This document shows positions 24,881 through 37,498 of a stretch of DNA of 64,000 bases, one piece after another. Under the pieces are notes generated by a model. That model saw only the letters and a list, made by a program, of their open reading frames with translations, did no database searches and was not told the DNA's origin. The translations under genes and the position numbers were made by a program. The stretch comes from Octopus sinensis (taxonomy: Eukaryota), in contig NW_021831853.1 of assembly GCF_006345805.1 (NCBI RefSeq), positions 1 to 64,000 on the forward strand, read 5' to 3'. Each line of letters begins with the position of its first letter. Position 1 is the stretch's first letter.

Positions 24881-25209
24881 ATAAGCGCGAGAGACGGGTC
24901 CTGGCAGCAGTTGAGTACGATATCGTGACGATCAAAGTATCATTTTTCTTTAGCAAGAAAGAGTGGGCAATGTTCCTCGTCTTCTTCTGTCAGATCACAA
25001 TATTGAAGGAAGAGGTATAGTGGATGCTGTTCGAAGGGTTGACGACAGAGCTATTGTTTCCAGGACTAGCACTCCTCATCTTCAAGTATCACTTGAGGGA
25101 GGTGAGGGTAGAAAAAGAGGTCCTGCTCTTCAGTAAAGTTTAAGAATGTGGGTAAAAGTAGAGAAATTGGCATAGCTAAACAAATATATAACAGAGACAA
25201 AAACAGGTA

Positions 25210-25585
25210 CCGTAAATCCTCGAGTATAATCCGCATTTTCCCCACCAAAATTTAAAGGTCAAAATCCCTAGTGCGTACTATATACGAGGTTAAAAAGGAA
25301 AATTATTTTCTAAGCAATGTCGGAGTCTCTATTTGCAGTCCGGCAAATATTTCTTTATTTTCTGCAAACAAAATGCTCAAAAAAATGCTACACGTTTGCA
25401 TTATGTTATATATACAAAAATAATAAAGGATAATACCGTATACATTTTTATGTTATATAAACCTCCTTGACTCAAGTTTGAGAAGGGGTGCGTATTATAC
25501 ACAAGGTTTAGGTTTTTCAGGTACATCCCCCTAAAAATTCCCTGCGTATTATACTCAAGGACGGACTATACTCGAGGATTTACGG
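25210..25585. mobile_element. Tc1/mariner-superfamily (pogo/Tc2-like) MITE
   Basis: TIRs ccgtaaatcctcgagtata(a)tccg / cggactatactcgaggatttacgg, with a TA duplication at 25208-25209 and 25586-25587. Confidence 0.9.
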
Positions 25586-25848
25586 TATGTTAAATACCAT
25601 ACGATATAAATTGCTAATTTATTAAAATTATTACCACCTCTAGATGTATCATAGCTACTAAATGGCAATTAAGATCAGTTCCACATGACAAGGGGAGATA
25701 ATCTCAAGAATCGGGAATTCTTAAAAATTGATATACCATTAAGGAAAAGTACTGGCTTGTCTGGAGTCGTGGACAATATGTTTCTGGCTCAATGGCCTCA
25801 TCAGCACAATTGTTTGACTTTGTCTCCAGTAGCTAAATAACTTAGACT

Positions 25849-26113
25849 TATCACGTGACCGACCAGGCTATCAGATGTTGTTACATATCGCTTGTCACAA
25901 TGCGTTTTTGCATTGTTTTAGCTTTCAAATGATGTCACCCCGCTGGCTAGGCGAGCAGGCCAACATTCCTCCCTGATCGAAAGTGGGGACTAGAGCAACG
26001 TGAAATGAAGAAGTTTTCCTCAAGAACACAATGCGCTGCCCAGTCAGAGAATCGAAACCACGATCTAGCGATCGTGAGTCCAACAGCCTAACCACGAGGC
26101 CACGCGCCTTCAC
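25849..26113 (-). mobile_element. SINE with family B-type head and alternative body (family C)
   Basis: Head rc gaatcgaaaccacgatctagcgatcgtgag...accacgaggccacgcgccttcac. The body is shared with 46125-46290. Confidence 0.8.
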
Positions 26114-26480
26114 TAACTCAGACTTATACAAAAAGAAATAGAATACATTTATGGCCTAAATATTTTGTTGTTGGATAGCAGTAGGAACTGGGAGAAGGTA
26201 TTAGCCTTTGATGTGGTTTTGCAATAATGATGTGGTGAGCAATAAGGTACCCTATGTAGTTAACCCTCCCTTTGAAGGTTTCCCGTTTATGTTTTGCGGT
26301 TCTGTAATGTAACGGTTATTTATTATTAGCTGTTTGTTAATATTTCTTTTTATATTCATCCTTTTATTCAATGTAGATAGCTCGTTGGTTGCTTTTCTGC
26401 TAAGTTACAGAGGGACGTAAGCACACTAACACAGGTTGTTAAGCAATGGTGGGGGACAAACAGACACAAAGAGCACCTCC

Positions 26481-26539
<59 letters not shown>

Positions 26540-26963
26540 CAAGCCGGAGGAAATGCAGCGAAGCCTTTTGCTCGATGGGCTAACGATCCTAACAGCTCGA
26601 TGCTTTGTACGAGTTAAATATTTGAATCGATTTCTTAGTCTGTCAAAAACAGAAAATATATGATATTGTTTCGTTTTTGGATTTGGTTTGCAAGATTCTT
26701 TATATGAGTTCATGTGTTGAAGCATATTCTGTTGTGCCTGGGGAGAGTAATTTTCTTCTTGTGCCTTATAATGTAAACACATTCACCGGTAAAATTTCCA
26801 CTTGTTTCTTATTTTTATTTTCCTAAGATATTGAAAAGGTTGCAAGATGCAACGAAAATTTTAGGAAAATAAAAATAAGAAATAAGTGGAAATTTTACCG
26901 GTGAGTGTGTTACATTATAAGGCACAAAAAGAAAATCACCCTTCCCAGACACAACATAATATG
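26540..26963. mobile_element. head-to-head inverted pair of a repeat (about 105-bp arms), possibly Penelope-derived
   Basis: 26723-26829 is the reverse complement of 26858-26963 with few mismatches, around a loop of about 28 bp. Confidence 0.75.
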
Positions 26964-27011
26964 ATATTGTGACAAACAAAAAAGCTAGTTCTAAAATCTC
27001 TCTAAGAGATG

Positions 27012-27201
27012 AACGCAATAGTTGCACTAGCAAGTAATATTCGTAACATGGCCGTTCCGTTCGAACGGACTTTACAACGATTTTTTTAACCCCAAGAGGA
27101 CATCTCCTCTAGCTGGTTAACGATGGGGTTAAAAAATCGCAGTAAAGACGTTCGAACGGAACGACCATGTTGAAGTGGCTACGAATATTATGCTATTGCG
27201 T
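27012..27201. mobile_element. palindromic MITE-like element (copy 2 of 2)
   Basis: acatggccgttccgttcgaacggactttacaacgatttttttaacccc / ggggttaaaaaatcgcagtaaagacgttcgaacggaacgaccatgt, with outer arms aatattcgta/tacgaatatt and acgcaatag/ctattgcgt. Confidence 0.8.
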
Positions 27202-27464
27202 CTATCTTAAAATGCATCATTTTTATTACGTTAAACGTTTGTCAGTGATAGTTGTGTTTATTTATATATCATCATCACTGCCGTTGCCGCTGCCGCCACG
27301 CTACATGTACGCATATATGCAGAAAGAAAGCTCTCAAGTTGTATTTTCCGGATACCTACTTGAGTATTAGTGACCAGGTTCCGGTCAGCACTCGATCCCT
27401 TTCCAACTCACATAAAATATGCTTTCTTTACTGCGGTTTTTACTTCCGCTTCTACCATACCGCT

Positions 27465-27705
<241 letters not shown>

Positions 27706-27865
27706 TATTTACTTATCTCTTAACTTTAGCAGAAGGTCAGCAATTTTACGGGGAAAGGTTAGTGGATCACATCGACCCTTGTACTTGAGTAGCGCTATAT
27801 ATTAGCGACCTTATTATTAGTGTACCATCCCAATCTTTTATATGAAACCTCAATGATTGACAAAA

Positions 27866-27901
<36 letters not shown>

Positions 27902-27907
<6 letters not shown>

Positions 27908-28024
27908 AAGGATTAAGTTAACTCCTCCAGAAGATATAAAGCCAAAATTAAACGAAGAGTGCCGTTGTCATCTTTTAATTTTGACTCTATATCTTCTGGA
28001 AAGGTAACCTCAATCCTTTATATA
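27902..28024. repeat. short foldback element, about 50-bp arms
   Basis: tatataaaggattaagttaactcctccagaagatataaagccaaaattaaa / tttaattttgactctatatcttctggaaaggtaacctcaatcctttatata. Confidence 0.8.
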
Positions 28025-28155
28025 TTAAACAAAATGAAGTAGGGTGACAAAATTATTTTTTGAATCTATTGAAGACACACAAGATGTCGAAATATCGCTT
28101 AGCAGATGACAATGGCACTCTTCTTTTAATTTTTACTCAATTATTATTATTATTA

Positions 28156-28196
<41 letters not shown>

Positions 28197-28197
<1 letters not shown>

Positions 28198-28965
28198 TCC
28201 TTCTTTCTTCAAATTTTCTTCCATTTCTCGCTGAATGTTTTACGTACACTAAGGGCAGAGATGTGCATTGTATACATTCCCAAATTACACACGCAAATTC
28301 ACAGGTAAAATATGTATTTTAAAAAATTAATAAATAAATGAATTCATGAATGGATGTTGTTTTCACAGCGATAATGCTCTTCTCAGTACATGAGTCGTTC
28401 CAGTTAACACGATTTTTTTGCACTTCCTGTAGGGATGGTAAGCCTGGTATCATTTTCAAATAGGTTTCAGTACCTTTTTTTTTTATCATTCCTAGAGATC
28501 CTACAATCACTGCTACTGTAGGCGTCTTGAGATGCCACATTTTTTCAATTTCTATTAGCAAGTCTTTATATTTACTAATCTTGTCAAATTCTTTCGCCGC
28601 TATATTGTGATCGCAAGGAATACTCATGTCAATTAGTAAACACATCCTTTTTATCTGATCTTTTATGATAATATCCGGTTTATTAGCTTTTATAGTTTTG
28701 TCGGTTTGTACGGGGAAGTCCCATAGAATCGACACATTTTCTCCCTCAGTTACAGCTTCAGGATGGTGTTTATACCATTTGTCAGCGGTTTTGATTTTAT
28801 AATGCCGACATATTGTCCAGTGTAAATACTGGCCGATTCTGTCATGTCTTGCTTTATATTCTACGGGTGCTAAGACTCTACACCCTGAGATTAGGTGGTC
28901 TATAGTTTCAATCTCATCGTTACAGAATCGGTATTTTGGGTCAGCTCCATTTTTTATCACATTGG
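28197..28965 (-). mobile_element. R4/Dong-like non-LTR retrotransposon 3' part (CCHC knuckle and restriction-like endonuclease)
   Basis: ORF 28319-28960 reads RFCNDEIETIDHLISGC, RHDRIG, LWDFPVQTD, ANKPDIII, LLIDMSIP, KISKYKDL. The 3' UTR runs into (AAT)n. Confidence 0.9.
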
Positions 28966-28984
28966 CTTGGTAGTTCCGGCTTAA

Positions 28985-29140
28985 AAAATATACGGAAGAA
29001 AAATCCAGGTAGAAAATACTAAAATAATTTTATAAAAAACATTTCAGTACCGGTTTCAGTCATTGAGACTTTTCAACTGTAAGTATGGAAAACAATTAAA
29101 TTTTGGAAAAATTAAAAGAAAAGTTTTTTAAAAGAATATT
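28985..29140 (-). mobile_element. short Penelope-type tail with variant hammerhead-shaped motif
   Basis: The minus strand reads cag-TTGAAAA-gtc.tcaat.gac-tGAAA-ccgg-TA-ctg at 29045-29079. Confidence 0.4.
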
Positions 29141-29233
29141 TGCATAGTGTTCAAATACAAGGGGCATTTTCCTTGTTTCTGTCCGTTTGTTTACTCTTGT
29201 GGGGTCGAGGTCGTTATGAATTCTTGGTAGGGA

Positions 29234-29432
29234 AGGAGGAGGAGGAGGAGAAGTCGAAGAAGAAGAAGAAGAAGAAGAAGAAGAAGAAGAAGAAGAGAAG
29301 AAGAAGAAGAAGAACAAGAACAAGAAGAAGAAGAAGAAGAAGAAGAAGAAGAACAAGAACAAGAACAAGAACAAGAAGAACAAGAACAAGAAGAACAAGA
29401 TCAAGAACAAGAACAAGAACAAGAACAAGAAG
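29234..29432. repeat. (GAA)n evolving into (AGAACA)n
   Basis: Direct reading of the sequence. Confidence 0.9.
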
Positions 29433-29549
29433 AATGCGAGAGTGCCATGATAGTGGTATGTTAAATGGTCATGTGCCCTAAAATTGACCCGTTGTGGATG
29501 AAAGTAGTGATTGAATTCCTGAATATATATATTGAATATATATATATTG

Positions 29550-30062
<513 letters not shown>

Positions 30063-30332
30063 TACAATATATACATGTACTATTTGGGGATATTTACATA
30101 TTTATATCTTGAAATAAATGCTACTTGTCAAAGACAGACTTTTCATCAAAGCCCGAATGTATACCAAGTATTTGCGTTCGGCTTAATCAGCTTTCGATGA
30201 CTTTGATCGCGATATCAATAGTATCTTAACCTACCCATAAATATTCCTAAAACTCAGCCGAAAATCAATTTCAAACTTCAGCATTGCCCTATAAATTCTC
30301 ATTTGTCTTTCAACTTAATCCTCAAGCTACAA

Positions 30333-30370
<38 letters not shown>

Positions 30371-30383
30371 TATATATATAGAG

Positions 30384-30422
<39 letters not shown>

Positions 30423-30825
30423 TATGTATTTGTACAAAATTATCAATTTAAGTCTTCATATAACCTTTAACCTTCGGAAACCTTCTCGACAACATAAAGA
30501 TATAAAAGGCTCAGTTCATTGGATATCATATGAGGGAAGAGAAAATGTCTTGAGTGCTTAGAGAGAACTAGAAAAAGAAAAGATGAAACCAGCGAAGACA
30601 GGGATAAGACATGCAATGGTTTTACTAGCCGATTTCAGTAAGACTTATTCAATAACGTACTATGATGTGTATAAAACAAAAGAGTATAGAGGTCCGAGAT
30701 CATTAACGCGTGTAGGCATAACGCATAAACTTCTTTAAACAGTGCTGAAATGTACTGTTGACATTCAACGTGCGCTCTTTTACTAATTCCATTAACTTGT
30801 CCAACATATACCATACTTCTTAGCA

Positions 30826-30990
30826 TATAAGATGCATTTCCCTCCTCAAAGTGTCTCAAAACACCACCCTGGGTCCTGTATGTGAAGTTAGGTCTTCCAT
30901 AATGTTTACTGCACTAAAACATATTTTTGTGAATATGCGCCGCTGAAATTGAGATACGCCTAACATGCCAGTGCGTCTTTTATGCCACCA
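30826..30990 (+). repeat. unclassified old dispersed repeat (copy 1; copy 2 at about 56765-56945)
   Basis: aatatgcgccgctgaaattg...gtcttttatgcca versus aatatgcgctgctgaaattg...gtcttttatgcca, with weaker upstream similarity. Confidence 0.6.
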
Positions 30991-31669
30991 AGAGGTAAGT
31001 TTTGGACCGGTTAAAGCTCATAAAACTTCACGTATTTGGCAAAAGCATGACCGTCTGAAGACCCGAGACCCATTTCATCCTCCCACTTTCATTATAAATA
31101 CTGTGAAATTATGCCTGGGTAAGAAATCAATACATCTGTCAATAAATCAATCTATACAACTTTCAATATAAAATCTTCAGACAACTCAAGCTGGCAGGCG
31201 ATCAACATTCTCCCCACCGCACCTCTCCCTCCACCCCCGCTATGATTGTAAGCTTAATGCAATGAGATTGCATTTTCCCCATCACACGTCCTTATATGCT
31301 TTGATCGAACCTGCTTCGTTCGGGAAGACATCAAACACACAACCGCAGCAGAGTACATGCATCGCTATTATTCGTTACACAACAGCTAAACGACTGCTAT
31401 TTTAAGGTTTAATTTAGCGAAAGTTCTTTTGCTTCCTTCGTGGTGACGGAGAAGTGGAGATGTGGGGCACATGCTGAGCGGGTGTGGGGTGGGGGTTAGG
31501 TAGGTTGTAGTTGGGTGGTGGTGGGGGGGGGGCATTTTTACGGAACGGAACTCTTGAGATTGATGTAAAAAGACTGCAGAATTTTAGAATAATTAAATCA
31601 TTTCATGTTTGTATAGAAAAGGATATTGTTGGACAGAAGAGGGAAAGAGGAATGAATATAAACAAAAAA

Positions 31670-32404
31670 GAATCATATGAATATATATATATATATAGGT
31701 GTGTGTGTGTGTATGTGTGTGCGCGTATGTGTGTGTATGTGTATGTTTGTATGTGTAATTGTATGCACGCATGTATAATATAAAAGAAATGAAAGGAACT
31801 CTGTAGATTGGAAAGGAAACAAAAGATGTATCAGATGAAGAAGGAATTCATACAAAGACACGTGTGTGTGTATGTGTGTGTGGGTGCGTGTGCTTGTGTG
31901 TGTGTGTGTGTCAAACGAGTAACGGGAGGAGATAGACGTCGAGTAGTAGGATGGACTTACAGAGAATAGATAGAATACAAGACAGAAAGGATGAGCGAGT
32001 GTATAGACACAAGGAATGAAGTACGACGGTGATCAAAGACGGAATATAGAAGGTATATACATACATACATACATACATACATACATACATACATACATAC
32101 ATACATACAAACAAATATGCATGCACACATGCATATATATATATGTATGGTATGTTTACATGTATGTATATGTAATGTATGTATATACATACATACATAT
32201 ATAGATATATATATTATATATATATATATAATATATATATATATACATATATGCATGGCTGTATGTATTATGTATGGTATGTAAAGTCTGTAATGTACGT
32301 GCGTTTTCATATATGGATATATGTATATATGTGAGTGTATGCATATATAAATGTGTAAGTACATGTATATGTATGTACGTACGTATGTATAGACACATGT
32401 GTAT

Positions 32405-32443
<39 letters not shown>

Positions 32444-32577
32444 GTGTGTGTGTGTGTGTGTGTGTAGGTACGTACGTATGTATGCATATGGTTAGTTGGG
32501 TAGGTAAGGAGGAGGTGTGATTGAAGAAGGACGATAGAATTGAGCGACCGACGGAAGACTGCAACAGAGGCAGAAAC

Positions 32578-32616
<39 letters not shown>

Positions 32617-32990
32617 GACAGACAGAAAAGCATGGAAGAATAGAGATTGTTAAGAAATGGTAGTGGTGGGTGGGTGGGAAAAGGAATCTCGCCAAAGAAT
32701 GGTCTGTAGATTGGAAGATATGTTGAATCAAAGACAGAGAACAAAACTAAGGATATTGTGATGGAAAGAAAAACATGTAAAAGAGCAGATTAAACACTTA
32801 CAAAAGGAACGGAGATGGGTGAGGGTGGTAGGAGGACGGGAGGGAGGAGAGGGGAGAGAAGAGAGAAGAGAGATGACATGAAAGGAAAGAAAGCAACAAA
32901 GAAGGAGACAAAGAAACAATAAGACAGGACAACATATGAATGTACGTATGTATGCATATATGTCTATGTATATATATCTATATATATATT

Positions 32991-33023
<33 letters not shown>

Positions 33024-33262
33024 TACATATACACGTAATAAATATATTACATATATAAATATACATATACACGTGTATAAATCTATACATATATACATAT
33101 ATAATTTCATATTAACATATATAAATTACTACGTATATATAATATATATATATATATTATATAACATACATTGCAACAAAAATGTAATATTATACGTTTA
33201 CATAAGTATACCATCACACACATCTTACATGTATATTATACATATCATATACATATATTATA

Positions 33263-33326
<64 letters not shown>

Positions 33327-33360
33327 TCATAGATACATGCACACACACACACACACAAAG
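31670..33360. repeat. compound (TA)/(TG)/(CATA)/(GA) microsatellite field
   Basis: Direct reading of the sequence. Confidence 0.85.
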
Positions 33361-33936
33361 GAAAAGGCAAATGATAAAACCAAAAAGGAAGACAAGAACA
33401 GCAACAACAACAACAACGACAGCAACAACAAATGAAGATCGTAAAGGGATGATATGTGAGAGTGAGATGGAAAGAGGGAGAAGGGGGGCTTCGAGAGAGA
33501 GCGCAAAGGGGGGGGGGGAGAAACAGAAGACGGACAGCGAGAATGAAAGTAAAAGGAAAGAAGAATGGCTAGTGTCGGTGGTGATGGGATGAGTAAGACA
33601 TATAAAGGGAAAAGAAAAAGGAAACGGAAGTGAAGTTTTAATGAAAAAGACAGAAAAGAAAAGAAAAAAGAAGTGTGTGTAGGGGGAGATGCGCCGGAAG
33701 TAGTGGTTATTCAACATATGAGGGAGAGACCAATAGTTTTGTCTGGCGATTTAGAGTGAGGTGGTTCCTTTTCATGTGTCTTTACGGATAATGACAGGAC
33801 TTGGGGAAAACGGCGAACAGCGAAAGGAAATTTCATTAAGGGACTTTGTCTGTCGTTTGTCTTCTCAAATATGGATGGAGTAAGAAGAAGATGGGGGGGG
33901 AGAAGAAGTAGGAGGAGGAAGACGAGGAAGAGGGGA

Positions 33937-33986
<50 letters not shown>

Positions 33987-34001
33987 ATAATATAATAATA
34001 A

Positions 34002-34061
<60 letters not shown>

Positions 34062-34200
34062 AAGAACAAGAACAAGAACAACAACAACAACAGCAGCAGC
34101 AGCAGAAGCAGCAACAAGGCCGAGAAAAACAACAACAATTACAACAATATGAAATACAACATCTTAGGTGCAGGTCTGTCATGAACCGAAGGAAGAATCT

Positions 34201-34572
34201 TTATACGGCCACCACAGAACCCGATTTACATGGTGGCTGGAACTGTGTGAAAGCCTTTGGAGGGATCGTTTCTGTTCTTGGGTGAATTGATCCGTCATCC
34301 TGCTTAATACTGCCTCCTAATACTTTGAGGACCCTTAGTCTAAGGTCTGTTACAGCACTCCCCATCTCCTGAACTGGGTGCCAGTCTGTCGCATTGTTAA
34401 CTTCCCAGCAATTACAGAAATCCATTCGCAGCTGATTGGATCGAAACAATGTGAAATGAAATGTTTTTACTTCAAGAACACAGTACAACACACCGACGCA
34501 GTCCAGGAATCGAAACCACGACCGTACAATATTGAGTACAACACCCTAAACCACTTGGCCACGCGCCTGCAC
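34201..34572 (-). mobile_element. SINE with family B-type head and V-domain-like body, old
   Basis: Head rc ggaatcgaaaccacgacc...aaccacttggccacgcgcctgcac. The body in sense reads gcgacagactggcacccagttcagg. Confidence 0.65.
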
Positions 34573-34822
34573 TAAAACACTACAAAAAACATAAGCAAAG
34601 GAAACAAGAAGGAAAGCGAACGAAATCCTTTCTCCCCGTTCGCCCCCTCCACACATTCACATAAACCACACTGCATCATACTTACACACATTACATCAAA
34701 CAGCATCCGCTACATCACATTAGCACCAAGAAAACAGCAGTACATCATGTCTTCCCTAAAGCATCTTTCACCTCTCTTCGCAGCAAACTTCTCTCCTTTA
34801 CTTTTTGTTAAACAGTCTTTCT

Positions 34823-34861
<39 letters not shown>

Positions 34862-34863
34862 CC

Positions 34864-34906
<43 letters not shown>

Positions 34907-34932
34907 CTCATTCTCTGTCTCTTTTACTCTTT

Positions 34933-35163
34933 TAATTGTTTCAGTCATTTGATTGTGGCCATGCAGGAGCACCGCTTTTAGTCGAGCGAATCGACCCCGG
35001 GACTTATTCTTTGTAAGCCTAGTACTTATTCTATCGGTCTCTTTTGCCGAACCGCTAAATTACGGGGACGTAAACACACCAGCATCGCTTGTCAAGCGTT
35101 GTTGGGCGGACAAACACAGACACACAAACACACACACACACACACACACCACACACAAACACG

Positions 35164-35206
<43 letters not shown>

Positions 35207-35416
35207 TTATATATACACACACATATACATATATATATATATAAACATATATACGATAGGCTTCTTTCAGTTTCCGTCTACCAAATCCACTCACAAGGCT
35301 TTGGTCGACCCGAGGCTTTAGTAGAAGGCACCTGCCCAAGGTGCCACGCAGTGGGACTGAACCCGGAGCCATGTGGTTGGTAAGCAAGCTACTTACCATA
35401 CAGCCACTCCTACGCC
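34933..35416 (-). mobile_element. CORE-like SINE family A, full length, young-looking
   Basis: Complete tail, body, internal (CA)n(TA)n, core and head on the minus strand. Confidence 0.92.
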
Positions 35417-35499
35417 TCCTTTCTTTCCTTCTATCTTCCCTTCTTTCTTTTCTTATTCTTTGCTGATCGCTTTTTTATGCCTCTGTGTCGTCTTCCTTC

Positions 35500-35787
35500 T
35501 TCATCTTCATGTTTTTCTTCTTCGTCACCACCCCCTTTTTTTCTTCATCGTTTCGTCATCATATTTTTCATCTTTTTCATCTACGTTTTCATCTCTTCCT
35601 TTTATTATTCATCTTCATCTTCTTCATCTCTCCTCCATCTTTTTTCCTCCTTCATCACAGTCGTTGCCGCCGCCCTCCTCCTCCTCCTCCTCCTCCTCCT
35701 CCTCCTCTTCATTATTATTCATAGTCATCATCATTTTCTTAGTCATCTTCACTTTATCTTATATTTTTATTCATATTCATATTCAAG

Positions 35788-35847
<60 letters not shown>

Positions 35848-35882
35848 TATTATTATTATCATTATCATTATTAGTATTATTA

Positions 35883-35914
<32 letters not shown>

Positions 35915-36432
35915 TTCATCATTATCATCATCATCATCATCATCATCATTATTATTCATCTATCTCCTCCATAAAACCAAATATTGATAACAGAAACGAA
36001 AAAAAAAAGGAAAAGATCAGGTAGGAAGAGAAAGAAAGTGAGAAGTGTGTGAGGGGGTGCGTGAGGGAGAGAGAGAGAGAGAGAGAGGAACGGGTGGGGG
36101 AATAGAATGCGACTGGAAATAAAAATACCCGGATGTAGTGATGGCCAATAGGACAGAAAATTCATAAAAGATTATTTAATTTCTTGTTCTTAAAAAAACC
36201 ACTCAAGATCTATTTATATTTTGTCTTGCCTTTGATTGCTCATGTTCTTCTCTTGTGGTTGTTAGTGTTGTTGTTATTGTTGTTGTTGTTGTTATTGTTG
36301 TTGTTGTTGTTGATGCTGCTGCTGCTGTTGTTATCGTCGTCGCAGTTGTTACAGTTATTGTTGCTAATGCTTCTCCTATTATTATTTTTCTTGTTCTTGT
36401 TTTAATACTGTTTGTATTTTTATTGCTATTGC

Positions 36433-36463
<31 letters not shown>

Positions 36464-36490
36464 GTTATTATTATTATTATTATTATTGTT

Positions 36491-36524
<34 letters not shown>

Positions 36525-36950
36525 GTGTCCGTCTATGCATTCATGTGATGTGAGTTCTCTGGTAGTTAGTGCCGCTTCCTGTCGTTGTTTGTTGTTATTC
36601 TTGTTGTTTTTAACATCGTGGATGCTGCAGCTGTTGTTTTCGTTGTTGTTGTTGTTGTTGCGGTCTAGTTGCCGTTGCCTCTTTTTTGATATTTGTTTGT
36701 CCGTTATAACGAATCGTGCTGATGATGTTGATATCGTCGTCGTCGTCACTGTTATTAATGTTATTGTTATTGTTGCTGCCGTTGTCGCTTTTGTTCATCG
36801 AGTTCCTGTACATGCATCGACTCCATGATATTTCTCCTTCGGTACGTCTGTACACGTTTTATTTTCTTCTTATCATTATTGTTATTATTGCTGTTGGTGT
36901 TGTTTATGTTATTGTTGTTAAAGACATTCTCCTTTTGGTTTCACTTGCTG
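35500..36950. repeat. degenerate trinucleotide field (TCT/CCT/TTA/CAT/GTT)n
   Basis: Direct reading of the sequence. Confidence 0.85.
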
Positions 36951-37009
36951 CTGTTAGTCTTTTAACTGTATGATTATAATAACGACGGCAAAAACAAAGC
37001 AAATTGTTT

Positions 37010-37193
37010 CTGATTTAAGTACAAGGCCAGACAGGAGAGACAGGGGAGGAGAAAGTCGACCCAGTTCTTCACTGGCACTTTATTTTCTCGACCCTAGAGG
37101 AATAAAAGACAAATTTAAACTCAGAAGGTAAAATACCGGAAGAAAAACTACTATACAATTTTTCGACACTCGAGCGATTTGCCCGCTTGTTGC

Positions 37194-37195
<2 letters not shown>
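37010..37195 (-). mobile_element. SINE family N, old
   Basis: aagtcgacccagttcttcactggcactttattttctcgaccctagaggaataaaagacaaatttaaactcag resembles the family N core rc. Confidence 0.6.
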
Positions 37196-37235
<40 letters not shown>

Positions 37236-37249
37236 TAATAATAATAATA

Positions 37250-37320
37250 ACTTTGCCCTAGGAGTCGGGAAGACACTCGGCAAGAAATGGAAGCACATTT
37301 GAAAGAAGAAAAAAAAAGTA
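37250..37320 (+). mobile_element. extreme 3'-end stub of the R4/Dong-like family, within (TAA)n
   Basis: ttgccctaggagtcgggaagacactcggcaagaaatggaagcacatttgaaagaag is similar to the 3' end of the 28.2 kb copy (ctgcccttagtgtacgtaaaacattcagcgagaaatggaagaaaatttgaagaaag). Confidence 0.65.
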
Positions 37321-37325
37321 ATAAA

Positions 37326-37424
<99 letters not shown>

Positions 37425-37498
37425 AAAATGCTACTGTTACTACTACACATAATTACAATAATACCAGTGATATCAGTAATAATAATAATAATAATAAT

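Larger units (their letters stand above)
23830..25200 (+). mobile_element. old Tx1-type LINE 3' part, split by two SINE insertions
   Basis: 23830-24130 reads QK.LAWKY...CRHG...RRCSRCARGDETARYAFIQ (knuckle). 24885-25200 reads KEEV.W...FKYHLREVRVEKEVL. Both pieces are colinear with the 13.5-15.4 kb copy. Confidence 0.7.

Noticed and set aside
26565-26605. Additional hammerhead-like text (ctcgatgggc...atcctaacagct)
   Set aside because: Both core boxes are broken. It cannot be supported without a consensus.
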